Under the pieces are notes generated by a model. The model was not told the origin of the DNA. It saw only the letters and a program-made list of their open reading frames with translations, and ran no database searches. From positions 61,408,001 to 61,472,000 of the forward strand of contig CP086569.2 in NCBI GenBank assembly GCA_009914755.4: a stretch of DNA of 64,000 nt, given 5' to 3'. Each line of letters starts with the position of its first letter. The first letter of the stretch is position 1. This DNA is from the human T2T-CHM13v2.0 reference genome, Homo sapiens. Position numbers and translations under genes: made by a program. Of this stretch, positions 1 to 56,009 are shown one piece after another.

Positions 1-1506
1 CAGTATCATATATATAATATATATAACCTATGTATAATATTGTTTTACATCCTGCATCTTATGTTATATATATTGTATAAAATATAATAATTGATAATAT
101 ATAAGTTTTATATTTATACAATATGACATATAGTATATATTATAATTTATGACATATATAATATATGTTATATATCATATATAGAATATATTATACGGTT
201 AATATACGTATTAAATATAAATTATACATTATATATATTATATATAATATATCTGTTACATATAATACCCATTATGCATAATATATATATTATGTCTATG
301 TTATATATAGTATAAAACAACATATAATAATATATAATTGTATATATAAAATGCGACATATAATATATATTATATTTTATAACATATATAATATATATTA
401 TATATTATATATAATACGTTGTATGTAAAATACCTATATTAAATATATATTATATGACTATGTTATTAATTACATGTCACGTATGTTACATATTATATAT
501 TTTACAAAGAATATACCGGTTACATACAATATATACTATGTTACCTATAATGTATAATTTATTACATGTAAAATAAAGAATGCAATATATTATGTATAAT
601 TTATAATATACAATATGTGGAATGTGATATATATAACATATAATATATGATTTATGATATACAGTTTATGATATATAACATACAATATATGATACCTAAT
701 TTATATGGTATACAATATGTATTTTATGATATGTATTCTATATGTTTTATATTCTGTTATATATAACTATTTGAAATTATATATAACTGTATAATATTTT
801 ATGTAAATCTGTAATATAATATATATAACTATATAATATTTTATATATAACTATATATTATGTTATATATACTTTTATAACATAATTTACATAAAATATC
901 GTAATATAATATATATTATATTATTTCATATTACATAACATATATTACATATCACCCAATATAAGTAACATACATAATATTATAATATAGATTATATTAT
1001 GTTATATTAAATATCATATATATCATGTATCATATATTCTGTAATATATATTATACATTATATAATATGTATGTTGTCTATTATGTGATATATATAACTA
1101 TATATATAATTATATTATTATACATATAACTAGATAAACATGTAATTGTACATATTTTCATTTATAATATATAGAATTATATAATCATGTATAATTATTT
1201 ATATTCTATAAAAAATTATATCATTATATAAATTATAATATATAAAAATTATAAGATGTACTACAAATATATATATTATATATCATATATGATATAGTAC
1301 CTTTGTTATATATCATAATACATATAAATGTGTATTATGTTATCTATAATTATATAATTTCATATATAAGATGTATATTCTGCATTATATATTATATATG
1401 TTATGTAATATATATAGAATATATAAGCTGACACAGCATAAATATTATATACTATGACATATAAAATATATGAGGTTATATGTTACATATAAGGCATAGC
1501 ACATAA

Positions 1507-1826
<320 letters not shown>

Positions 1827-2420
1827 CATATTTTTTAAATGAAAAAAAATTTCAAAGGTACTCTGCTTGGTACAATAATCAAATGTATAAACTGAGGAAT
1901 AAAACATAACCATGAAACCTACTTATAACTGCATATGGAAAATACAGAGGATAATTTTTTAAATAACATATTTTGAAAGCCTTAACTAGTAATTTGAAGA
2001 GTTGGCATTTGAAAGGCCAGTATGAATATACCTTCAAAGCAGCAACACAGGTTCCCCATGAGAAAAAGCAAACTCAGGGAAAATAAAACCACAAAGGTTC
2101 AATCTCTTCTGACCTTTGAAAGACACAGCACAGACAGTGGTCCTTAGGACGAAGAGCAGGAGACCCCTAATTCCGTCACCATGGCGATAGGGCATAAACA
2201 TTGCTGGGTGAGGGCACAATCCACATTGTGAGGTCCAACTGCTGCCAGGAAGACAGGAGTACTTTTACATAGACCGAAAGGTCATTGAAGGCTCAGAGTT
2301 TTGTTTCAAGAACTGAATCCCAAGCCCACACGTTATTAGGCTGCGCTTCTTAAAACAAGTTATGAGATGGGAAAAAGGGCACCCACAAACATACGTATAC
2401 ATTATGTATATAATAATATA
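1827..2420. other. Representative ~0.6-kb mixed-composition (non-AT-rich, non-Alu) segment of the DYZ2-type unit; no recognisable gene
   Basis: About 45% GC, against <20% in the AT-rich part. The same sequence sits at the same offset in every unit. Only short artefactual 61/71-aa ORFs occur. Confidence 0.6.
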
Positions 2421-43532
<41,112 letters not shown>

Positions 43533-44407
43533 TAGAATCATATATATAATATATGTAACATATATATATAATACTGTTTTACATCCTGCAGTTATATTAT
43601 ATATATTATATGTATTATAATAACTGGTAATGTATAAGTATTATATTTATACACTATGACATATAATAATTATATTTTATGCCGTTTATAATATATATTA
43701 TATATCATATACCAAATATATTATATGGTTAATATACGTATTAAATATATAATATACATTATAAATATTATATCTACGTTATATATAACATTCACTATAG
43801 TTAATATATATATTATATCTAGCTTATATATAATATAAAATAACATATAATAATATATAACTGTATATATAAAATATGACATATAATATATATTATATTT
43901 TATGACATATATATGATATGTATTATATATTATATATAATATGTTGTAAGTATAATACATGTATTAAATATATATTATATGTCTATGTTATTAATTATAT
44001 GTAATATATGTTATATATTACATATTTGATATAGAATACACATGTTACATAGAATATATTCTATGTTACATATAACGTAGAATTTATTATGTGTAATAAA
44101 ATGTATGGCATATATTATAAATTCCTTATAATATACAATATGTGGAATGTGATATATATAACTTGTAATATATGATATATGATATACAATATATGTTATA
44201 TAACATACAATATATGATACATAATATATATGGTATAGAATATATATTTTATGTTATATATTATATATGTTTTATATTTTATTAAATATAAATATTTAAA
44301 ATTATATATAACCGTATAATGTTATACGTAAATATATAATATACTACATATAACCACATATTATGTTATATAAAATTTTATTACATACTTTCCATAATAT
44401 ATCATAT
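43533..44407. repeat. Diverged partial 19th DYZ2-type unit (AT-rich part only, ~875 bp) at the array edge
   Basis: It aligns by eye to unit offsets ~1-900 (tacatcctgcag, taatatacgtattaaatat, caatatgtggaatgtgatatatataac), but with many substitutions and indels. It ends where (GGAAT)n begins. Confidence 0.7.
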
Positions 44408-46504
44408 GGACTCCTTTGGATTGGTCTAGTATGCAATGCAATCGACTGGCAGGGAATTAAAAGGAATGCAATCGAATGGATTGCAAAGGAATGCAATGGA
44501 CTCGAATAGATTGGAAACAGAATGCAAAGGAATGGAATGGAATAGTATGGAATGGAATGGAAAGGAATGGAGTGGAATAGACTAGAGTAGAATGGAATTT
44601 ACTCGAAAGCAATGGACTGGAATAGAACTTTCTTGAATGGGCTGGAATCAAACGGAATGGAATGCTCTGCAATCAAATAGAATGAAAGAGAATCAAATCC
44701 AATCGAATGGATTGGAAAGGAATTGACTGAAATGGAATGGACTAGAATGGAAGGCAAAGGAATGGAATCTATAGGAATGGACTTTAATGGAATGGAATGG
44801 AAGGGATTGGAATGGAATCGAATGGAATGGACTGCAATAGAAAGGATTCGAATGGAATGAAAAAGAATTGAATGGAATAGAACAGAATGGAATCAAATCG
44901 AATGAATTGGAATGGAATAGAAAGGATTCGAATGGAATGCAATCGAACGGAATGGAATCGAACGGAATGGAATAAAATGGAAGAAAACTGGCAAGAAATG
45001 GAATCGAAATGAATGGAGTGTTATGGAACGGACTCAAAAGGAATTGAATGTAATAGAATGGAGTGGAGTGGACTCGAATATAATGGACTGGAATGGAATG
45101 AAATCACATGGAATGGGAACGAATGGAATGGAATGGAAAGGAATGGAATCGAATGGGAAGGAATCGAATGGAAGGGAATGAAATTGAATCAACAGGAATG
45201 GAAGGGAATAGAATAGACGGTAATGGAATGGACTCGAATAGAATGGACACGAATGCTCAAATTGAATGGACTCGAATGGAATGGAAACGAAAGGAATGTC
45301 ATCGAATGGAATTGAATCGATTGGAATGAAATCGCATAGAATGGAGTGGAATCAAATGGAATTGAGTCGAAAGGAAAGGAAGCGAATGGACTGAAATGAA
45401 ATGGAATGGAATTGAATGGAAAGTAATGCAATGGAATAGAATGGAACGAAATTTCACGGAATGGAATCAAACTGAATGGAATCAAATCAATGGAATATAA
45501 TCAAATGGAATGGAAAGGAATTGAATGGAGTAGATGGGATTGGATGGGATTGGAATGAAATGTACTGGAAAGAACTCGAATTTCATGAAACGGAATGGAA
45601 TGAATTGGAACGGAATGGACTCGAATGGAATGGAATGTCATGGAATGGCATCAAATGGAATGGCATCAAATGGAATGGAATCGAATGCAATGGAATGCTA
45701 GGGAATGGAATGGAATGCACTGGAATGGAATGTCCTCTAATGGAATGGATTCGAGTGGAATGGAATCGAATATAATGGAGTCGAATGAAATGGAATTGAA
45801 AGGAATGGGACCGAATACAATGGAATATACTGGAATGTAATGTAATGAACTCGAATGTAATTGACTGGAATGGAATGTACATGAATGGAATGTAATCGAA
45901 TGGAAAGTAATCCAATGGAATAGAATCTAATGCAATAAAATCGACTCAGATAGAGTAGAATGTAATGGAATGGAGTGCAGTGCAATGGAATGGAATGGAA
46001 TGGAATGCAATGGAATGGAATGGAATGGAATGGAATGGAATGGAATGGGATGGAATGGTATGGAATGGAATGTATTAGAATGTAATGAACATTAATGGAA
46101 TGTACTCGAATGGATTCGACTGGAATGGAATGTTCTGGAAGTTTATGGACTCCAATGGAATGGATTCGAAAGGAATGGAATCGAACGGAATGGAATCTAA
46201 TGGAATGGAATTAAATGGAAATGAATCAAATTGAATAGCACGGAATTGAATTGAATGGAATAGAATGCAATGTAATCTAATGAAACAGAAAGGAAAGGAA
46301 TGGAATGGAATGGAATGGGCTGGAATGGAATGGAATCGAAACGAATGGAATGGAATCGAACTAAAGAGACTGGAATGGAATGCACTGGAATGGAAGGGAG
46401 TGTAATGGAAGGTTCTCGAAAAAAATGGAATCGAAAGGAATGGAATTGAATGGAACGGAATAGAGTCGAATGGAATTGAATGGAATGGAATGGACTAGAG
46501 TGAA
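44408..46504. repeat. DYZ1-type first (shortened) unit portion
   Basis: The first tctagtatgc-to-tctagtatgc interval (44425 to 47229) is only 2804 bp against ~3549 elsewhere, so this junction-proximal unit lacks about 0.75 kb. Confidence 0.6.
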
Positions 46505-49500
46505 ATGGAATCGAACCACAAGGAATGGACAGGAATAGAATGGTCTCGAATTGAATGGAATCGTATGGAATGGCATCAAACGGAATGGAATGGACAGCCA
46601 CGGAATGGAATGCACTCGAATGCAATGGAGTCGAAACTAATGGACTGGAATAGAATGGACTCGACTGGTACGGACTCCAATGGAATGGAATCCAATGGAA
46701 GGGAATCGAACGGAATGGACTCGAAGGGAAAAGACTGCAATGGAAAGGTCTCGAATGGAATGGAAATTAATGGAATGGAATGGAATCGAATGAAGTGGAG
46801 TCAAAAGGAATGGAATTGAATGGCAAGAAATCGAATGTAATGGAATCGCAAGGAATTGATGTGAACGGAACGGAATGGAATGGAATCCAAAGGAATGGAA
46901 TAGAATGGAATGGAATCGAATGGAAAGGACTCGAATGGAAATCACTCGAATAGAATGCAATTTAATAAAATAGGATCAAATGTAATGGAATGGAATGGAA
47001 AGGAATCGAAACGAAAGGAATGGAGACAGATGGAATGGAATGGAACAGAGAGCAATGGTATAGAATGGAATGGAATCATCTGGAATGGAATTGAATGGAA
47101 TGGAATAACATGAAATGGAATGGAATGGAATGGAATGCCCTTGAATTAAATGGACTGGAATGGAATGGACTCGAACAGAGTGGAATGGAAAGTGTTGAAA
47201 TAGAATGGAATGGACTCGTTTGGAATGGTCTAGTATGCAATGCAATCGACTGGCAGGGAATCAAAAGGAATGTAATCGAATGGATTGGACTGGAATGCAA
47301 TGGACTCGAATAGATTGGAAACGGAATGCAAAGGAATGGAATGGAATAGTATGGAATGGAATGGAAAGGAATGGAGTGGAATAGACTAGAGTGGAATGGA
47401 ATGGACTCAAAAGCAATTTACTGGAATGGAACTTTCTTGAATGGACTGGAATCAAACGGAATGGAATGCAATGCAATCAAATGGCATGGAATAAAATAGA
47501 ATGAAAGAGAATCAAATGGAATTGAATCGAATGGAATCGAATGGATTGGAAAGGAATAGAATGGAATGGAATGGAATTGACTCAAATGGAATGGACTAGA
47601 ATGGAATGGATTCGAATGTAAGGCAAAGGAATGGAATCTATTGGAATGGACTGTAATGGAATGGAATGGAAGGGATTGGAATGGACTCGAATGGAATGGA
47701 CTGCAATAGAAAGGATTCGAATGGAATGAAAAAGAATTGAATGGAATAGAACAGAATGGAATCAAATCGAATGAAATGGAATGGAATAGAAAGGAATGGA
47801 ATGAAATGGAATGGAAAGGATTCGAATGGAATGCAATCGAATGGAATGGAATCGAACGGAATGGAATAAAATGGAAGAAAACTGGCAAGAAATGGAATCG
47901 AAATGAATGGAGTGTTATGGAACGGACTCAAAAGGAATTGAATGTAATAGAATGGAGTGGAGTGGACTCGAATATAATGGACTGGAATGGAATGAAATCA
48001 CATGGAATGGGAACGAATGGAATGGAATGGAAAGGAATGGAATCGAATGGAAAGGAATGGAATGGAAGGGAATGAAACTGAGTCAACAGGAATGGAAGGG
48101 AGTAGAATAGACGGTAATGGAATGGACTCGAATAGAATGGACATGAATGCACAAATTGAATGGACTCGAATGGAATGGAAACCAAAGGAATGTCATCGAA
48201 TGGAATTGAACCGATTGGAATGAAATCGCATAGAATGGAGTGGAATCAAATGGAATTGAATCGAAAGGAAAGGAAGCGAATGGACTGAAATGAAATGGAA
48301 TGGAATGGAAAGTAATGCAATGGAATAGAATGGAACGAAATTTCACGGAATGGAATCAAACTGAATGGAATCAAATCAATGGAATCTAATCAAGTGGAAT
48401 GGAAAGGAATTGAATGGAGTAGATTGGATTGGATGGGATTGGAATGAAATGTACTGGAAAGGACTCGAATTTCATGAAACGGAATGGAATGAATTGGAAC
48501 GGAATGGACTCGAATGGAATGGAATGTCATGGAATTGCATCAAATGGAATGGCATCAAAGGGAATGGAATCGAATGCAATGGAATGCTATGGAATGGAAT
48601 GGAATGCATTGGAATGGAATGTCCTCTAATGGAATGGATTCGAGTGGAATGGAATCGAATATAATGGAGTCGAATGAAATGGAATTGAAAGGAATGGGAT
48701 CGAATACAATGGAATATACTGGAATGTAATGTAAAGAACTCGAATGTAATAGACTGGAAAGGAATGTACATGAATGGAATGTAATCGAATGGAAAGTAAT
48801 CCAATGGAATAGTATCTAATGTAATAAAATCGTCTCAGATAGAGTAGAATGTAATGGAATGGAGTGTAGTGCAATGGAATGGAATGGAATGGAATGCAAT
48901 GGAATGGAAAGGAATGGAATGGAATGGAATGGAATGGGATGGAACGGTATGGAATGGATAGTAATGGACTGGAGTGAAATGGACTGGAAAGGAATGGACT
49001 CAAATTGAAAGGTCTCGAAAGGAATGGAGTCAAATGGAATGGTCTGGAATGGAATGAACATGAATGTAATGCAATCCAATAGAAAGGAATCGAATGGCAT
49101 GGAATATAAAGAAATGGAATCGAAGAGAATGGAAACAAATGGAATGGAATTGAATGGAATGGAATTGAATGGAATGGGAACGAATGGAGTGAAATTGTAT
49201 GCAGTAGAAGAGAATAGAATGGAATGCAAGCGAAAAGAAAGGAATGGATTGGAATGGAATGGAATTCATTGGAATGGAAGGGAATGTAGTGTTATGGACA
49301 GGCCTGGAATAAAGTGGAATGCTACGGTCTCGAATGGAATAAAAATGTATGGAATGGAATGCAATGAAACGGAATCGAATGTCATAGAATGTAATGGAAT
49401 GCAAAAAAATGGAATCCAAAATCATTGACTGGAAAGGCTGTGTGTCAAAAGGAATTGACTCCAATGGAATGGAATCGAATGGAATGGAAGTGAATAGAAT

Positions 49501-50053
49501 CGAACTAAATCGAATGGAATGGAATTGATAGGAACGGAATGGAAAGGAATGCAATGATTTGGCATGGAATGGAATCGAATGGCATCGAATGGAATGGAAT
49601 GGAATGCAATGGAATGGAATGTATTAGAATGTAATGAACTTTAATGGCATGTACTCGAATGGATTCGACTGGAATGGAATGTTCTGGAAGTGAATGGACT
49701 CCAATGGAATGGATTCAAAAGGAATGGAATCGTACGGAATGGAATCTAATGGAATGGAATTAAATGGAAATGAATCAAATTGAATAGCACGGAATTGAAT
49801 TGAATGGAATGGAATGCAATGGAATCTAATGAAACGGAAAGGAAAGGAATGGAATGGAATGGAATGGGCTGGAATGGAAAGGAATCGAAACGAATGGAAT
49901 GGAATCGAACTGAAGAGACTGGAATGGAATGCACTGGAATGGAAGGGAGTGTAATGGAAGGTTCTCAAAAAAAATGGAATCGAATGGAATGGAATTGAAT
50001 GGAACGGAATAGAGTCGAATGGAATTGAATGGAATGGAATGGACTAGAGTGAA
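46505..50053. repeat. DYZ1-type higher-order unit (3549 bp)
   Basis: Landmark spacing. Near-identical to the unit at 59559. Confidence 0.8.
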
Positions 50054-53000
50054 ATGGAATCGAACCACAAGGAATGGACAGGAATAGAATGGTCTCGAAT
50101 TGAATGGAATCGTATGGAATGGCATCAAAAGGAATGGAATGGACAGCCACGGAATGGAATGCACTCGAATGCAATGGAGTCGAAACTAATGGACTGGAAT
50201 AGAATGGACGCGACTGGTACGGACTCCAATGGAATGGAATCGAATGGAAGGGAATCGAACGGAATGGACACGAAGGGAAAAGACTGCAATGGAAAGGTCT
50301 CGAATGGAATGGAAATTAATGGAATGGAATGGAATCGAATGAAATGGAGTCAAAAGGAATGGAATCGAGTGGCAAGAAATCGAATGTAATGGAATCGCAA
50401 GGAATTGATGTGAACGGAACGGAATGGAATGGAATCCAAAGGAATGGAATAGAATGGAATGGAATCGAATGGAAAGGATTCGAATGGAAATCACTCGAAT
50501 AGAATGCAATTTAATAAAATAGGATCAAATGTAATGGAATGGAATGGAAAGGAATCAAAACGAAAGGAATGGAGACAGATGGAATGGAATGGAACAGAGA
50601 GCAATGGTATAGAATGGAATGGAATCATCTGGAATGGAATTGAATGGAATGGAATAACATGAAATGGACTGGAATGGAATGGAATGCCCTTGAATTAAAT
50701 GGACTGGAATGGAATGGAGTCGAACAGAGTGGAATGGAAAGTGTTGAAATAGAATGGAATGGACTCCTTTGGAATGGTCTAGTATGCAATGCAATCGACT
50801 GGCAGGGAATCAAAAGGAATGTAATCGAATGGATTGGACTGGAATGCAATGGACTCGAATAGATTGGAAACGGAATGCAAAGGAATGGAATGGAATAGTA
50901 TGGAATGGAATGGAAAGGAATGGAGTGGAATAGACTAGAGTGGAATGGAATGGACTCGAAAGCAATGGACTGGAATGGAACTTTCTTGAATGGACTGGAA
51001 TCAAACGGAATGGAATGCAATGCAATCAAATGGCATGGAATAAAATAGAATGAAAGAGAATCAAATGGAATTGAATCGAATGGAATCGAATGGATTGGAA
51101 AAGAATAGAATGGAATGGAATGGAATTGACTCAAATGGAATGGACTAGAATGGAATGGATTCGAATGGAAGGCAAAGGAATGGAATCTATTGGAATGGAC
51201 TGTAATGGAATGGAATGGAAGGGATTGGAATGGACTCGAATGGAATGGACTGCAATAGAAAGGATTCGAATGGAATGAAAAAGAATTGAATGGAATAGAA
51301 CAGAATGGAATCAAATCGAATGAAATGGAATGGAATAGAAAGGAATGGAATGAAATGGAATGGAAAGGATTCGAATGGAATGCAATCGAATGGAATGGAA
51401 TCGAACGGAATGGAATAAAATGGAAGAAAACTGGCAAGAAATGGAATCGAAATGAATGGAGTGTTATGGAACGGACTCAAAAGGAATTGAATGTAATAGA
51501 ATGGAGTGGAGTGGACTCGAATATAATGGACTGGAATGGAATGAAATCACATGGAATGGGAACGAATGGAATGGAATGGAAAGGAATGGAATGGAATGGA
51601 AAGGAATCGAATGGAAGGGAATGAAATTGAATCAACAGGAATGGAAGGGAGTAGAATAGACGGTCATGGAATGGACTCGAATAGAATGGACACGAATGCT
51701 CAAATTGAATGGACTCGAATGGAATGGAAATGAAAGGAATGTCATCGAATGGAATTGAATCGATTGGAATGAAATCGCATAGAATGGAGTGGAATCAAAT
51801 GGAATTGAATCGAAAGGAAAGGAAGCGAATGGACTGAAATGAAATGGAATGGAATTGAATGGAAAGTAATGCAATGGAATAGAATGGAACGAAATTTCAC
51901 GGAATGGAATCAAACTGAATGGAATCAAATCAATGGAATCTAATCAAATGGAATGGAAAGGAATTGAATGGAGTAGATTGGATTGGATGGGATTGGAATG
52001 AAATGTACTGGAAAGGACTCGAATTTCATGAAACGGAATGGAATGAATTGGAACGGAATGGACTCGAAAGGAATGGAATGACATGGAATGGCATCAAATG
52101 GAATGGCATCAAATGGAATGGAATCAAATGCAATGGAATGCTATGGAATGGAATGGAATGCATTGGAATGGAATGTCCTCTAATGGAATGGATTCGAGTG
52201 GAATGGAATCGAATATAATGGAGTCGAATGAAATGGAATTGAAAGGAATGGGATCGAATAGAATGGAATATACTGGAATGTAATGTAATGAACACGAATG
52301 TAATTGACTGGAATGGAATGTACATGAATGGAATGTAATCGAATGGAAAGTAATCCAATGGAATAGAATGTAATGCAATAAAATCGACACAAATAGAGTA
52401 GAATGTAATGGAATGGAGTGCAGTGCAATGGAATGGAATGGAATGGAATGCAATGGAATGGAATGGAATGGAATGGAATGGAATGGTATGGAATGGATAG
52501 TAATGGACTGGAGTGAAATGGACTGGAAAAGAATGGACTCAAATTGAAAGGGCTCGAAAGGAAAGGAGTCAAATGGAATGGTCTGGAATGGAATGAACAC
52601 GAATGTAATGCAATCCAATAGAATGGAATCGAATGGCATGGAATATAAAGAAATGGAATCGAAGAGAATGGAAACAAATGGAATGGAATTGAATGGAATG
52701 GAATTGAATGGAATGGGAACGAATGGAGTGAAATTGTATGCAGTAGAAGAGAATAGAATGGAATGCAAGCGAAAGGAAAGGAATGGATTGGAATGGAATG
52801 GAATTCATTGGAATGGAAGAGAATGTAGTGTAATGGACAGGCCTGGAATAAAGTGGAATGCTACGGTCTCGAATGGAATAAAAATGTATGGAATGGAATG
52901 CAATGAAACGGAATCGAATGTCATAGAATGTAATGGAATGCAAGAAAATGGACTCCAAAATCATTGACTGGAAAGGCTGGGTGTCGAAAGGAATTGACTC

Positions 53001-53592
53001 CAATGGAATGGAATCGAATGGAATGGAAGTGAATAGAATCGAACTAAATCGAATGGAATGGAAATGATAGGAACGGAATGGAAAGGAATGCAATGATTTG
53101 GCATGGAATGGAATCGAATGGCATCGAATGGAATGGAATGGAATGCAATGGAATGGAATGTATTAGAATGTAATGAACTTTAATGGAATGTACTCGAATG
53201 GATTCGACTGGAATGGAATGTTCTGGAAGTGAATGGATTCCAATGGAATGGATTCGAAAGGAATGGAATCGAACGGAATGGAATCTAATGGAATGGAATT
53301 AAATGGAAATGAATTAAATTGAATAGCACGGAATTGAATTGAATTGAATCGAATGCAATGGAATCTAATGAAACGGAAAGGAAAGGAATGGAATGGAATG
53401 GAATGGGCTGGAATGGAAAGGAATCGAAACGAATGGAATGGAATCGAACTGAAGAGACTGGAATGGAATGCACTGGAATGGAAGGGAGTGTAATGGAAGT
53501 TTCTCGAAAAAGATGGAATCGATTGGAATGGAATTGAATGGAACGGAATAGAGTCGAATGGAATTGAATGGAATGGAATGGACTAGAGTGAA
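50054..53592. repeat. DYZ1-type higher-order unit (3539 bp)
   Basis: Landmark spacing. Confidence 0.8.
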
Positions 53593-56009
53593 ATGGAATC
53601 GAACCACAAGGAATGGACAGGAATAGAATGGTCTCGAATTGAATGGAATCGTATGGAAAGGCATCAAACGGAATGGAATGGACAGCCACGGAATGGAATG
53701 CACTCGAATGCAATGGAGTCGAAACTAATAGACTGGAATAGAATGGACTCGACTGGAACGGACTCCAATGGAAGGGAATCGAACGGAAGGGACTCGAAGG
53801 GAAAAGACTTCAATGGAAAGGTCTGGAATGGAATGGAAATTAATGGAATGGAATGGAATCGAATGAAATGGAGTCAAAAGGAATGGAATCGAATGGCAAG
53901 AAATTGAATGTAATGGAATCGCAAGGAATTGATGTGAACGGAACGGAATGGAATGGAATCCGAAGGAATGGAATAGAATGGAATGGAATCGAATGGAAAG
54001 GAATCGAATGGAAGGGAATGAAATTGAATCAACAGGAATGGAAGGGAGTAGAATAGACGGTAATGGAATGGACTCGAATAGAATGGACACGAATGCTCAA
54101 ATTGAATGGACTCGAATGGAAAGGAAACGAAAGGAATGTCATCGAATGGAATTGAATCGATTGGAATGAAATCGCATAGAATGGAGTGGAATCAAATGGA
54201 ATTGAATCGAAAGGAAAGGAAGCGAATGGACTGAAATGAAATGGAATGGAATTGAATGGAAAGTAATGCAATGGAATAGAATGGAACGAAATTTCACGGA
54301 ATGGAATCAAACTGAATGGAATCAAATCAATGGAATATAATCTAATGGAATGGAAAGGAATTGAATGGAGTAGATACGATTGGATGAGATTGGAATGAAA
54401 TGGAATGGAAAGGACTCGAATTTCATGAAACGGAATGGAATGAATTGGAACGGAATGGACTCGAATGGAATGGAATGTCATGGAATGGCAACAAATGGAA
54501 TGGCATCAAATGGAATGGAATCGAATGCAATGGAATGCTATGGAATGGAATGGAATGCATTGGAATGGAATGTCCTCTAATGGAATGGATTCGAGTGGAA
54601 TGGAATCGAATATAATGGAGTCGAATGAAATGGAATTGAAGGGAATGGGATCGAATAGAATGGAATATACTGGAATGTAATGTAATGAACTCGAATGTAA
54701 TTGACTGGAATGGAATGTACATGAATGGAATGTAATCGAATGGAAAGTAATCCAATGGAATAGAATCTAATGCAATAAAATCGACTCAAATAGAATAGAA
54801 TGTAATGGAATGGAGTGCAGTGCAATGGAATGGAATGGAATGGAATGCAATGGAATGCAATGGAATGGAATGGAATGGAATAGAATGCAATGCAATGGGA
54901 TGGAATGGTATGGAATGGATAGTAATGGACTGGAGTGAAATGGACTGGAAAGGAATGGACTCAAATTGAAAGGGCTCGAAAGGAATGGAGTGAAATGGCA
55001 TGGTCTGGAATGGAATGAACACGAATGTAATGCAATCCAGTAGAATGGAATCGAATGGCATGGAAAATAAAGAAATGGAATCGAAGAGAATGGAAACAAA
55101 TGGAATGGAATTGAATGGAATGGAATTGAATGGAATGGGAACGAATGGAGTGAAATTGTATGCAATAGAAGAGAATAGAATGGAATGCAAGCGAAAGGAA
55201 AGGAATGGATTGGCATGGAATGGAATTCATTGGAATGGAAGGGAATGTAGTGTAATGGACAGGCCTGGAATAAAGTGAAATGCTACGGTCTCGAATGGAA
55301 TAAAAAGGTATGGAATGGAATGCAATGAAACGGAATCGAATGTCATAGAATGTAATGGAATGCAAAAAAATGGACTCCAAAATCATTGACTGTAAAGTCT
55401 GGGTGTCGAAAGGAATTGACTCCAATGGAATGGAATCGAATGGAATGGAAGTGAATAGAATCGAACTAAATCGAATGGAATGGAATTGATAGGAACGGAA
55501 TGGAAAGGAATGCAATGATTTGGCATGGAATGGAATCGAATGGCATCGAATGGAATGGAATGGAATGCAATGGAATGGAATGTATTAGAATGTAATGAAC
55601 TTTAATGGAATGTACTCGAATGGATTCGACTGGAATGGAATATTCTGGAAGTGAATGGAATCCAATGGAATGGATTCGAAAGGAATGGAATCGAACGGAA
55701 TGGAATCTAATGGAATGGAATTAAATGGAAATGAATCAAATTGAATAGCACGGAATTGAATTGAATGGAATCGAATGCAATGGAATCTAATGAAACGGAA
55801 AGGAAAGGAATGGAATGGAATGGGCTGGAATGGAAAGGAATCGAAACGAATGGAATGGAATCGAACTGAAGAGACTGGAATGGAATGCACTGGAATGGAA
55901 GGGAGTGTAAGGGAAGGTTCTCGAAAAAAATGGAATCGAATGGAATGGAATTGAATGGAACGGAATAGAGTCGAATGGAATTCAATGGAATGGAATGGAC
56001 TAGAGTGAA
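53593..56009. repeat. DYZ1-type deletion-variant unit (2417 bp); ~1.12 kb missing relative to neighbours
   Basis: It matches the neighbouring unit up to ggaatggaatcgaatggaaagga (about 53981-54003), then jumps to the sequence found ~1.12 kb further along in the full unit (atcgaatggaagggaatgaaattgaatcaacagg). The tctagtatgcaatgc landmark is absent from this unit. Confidence 0.8.
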
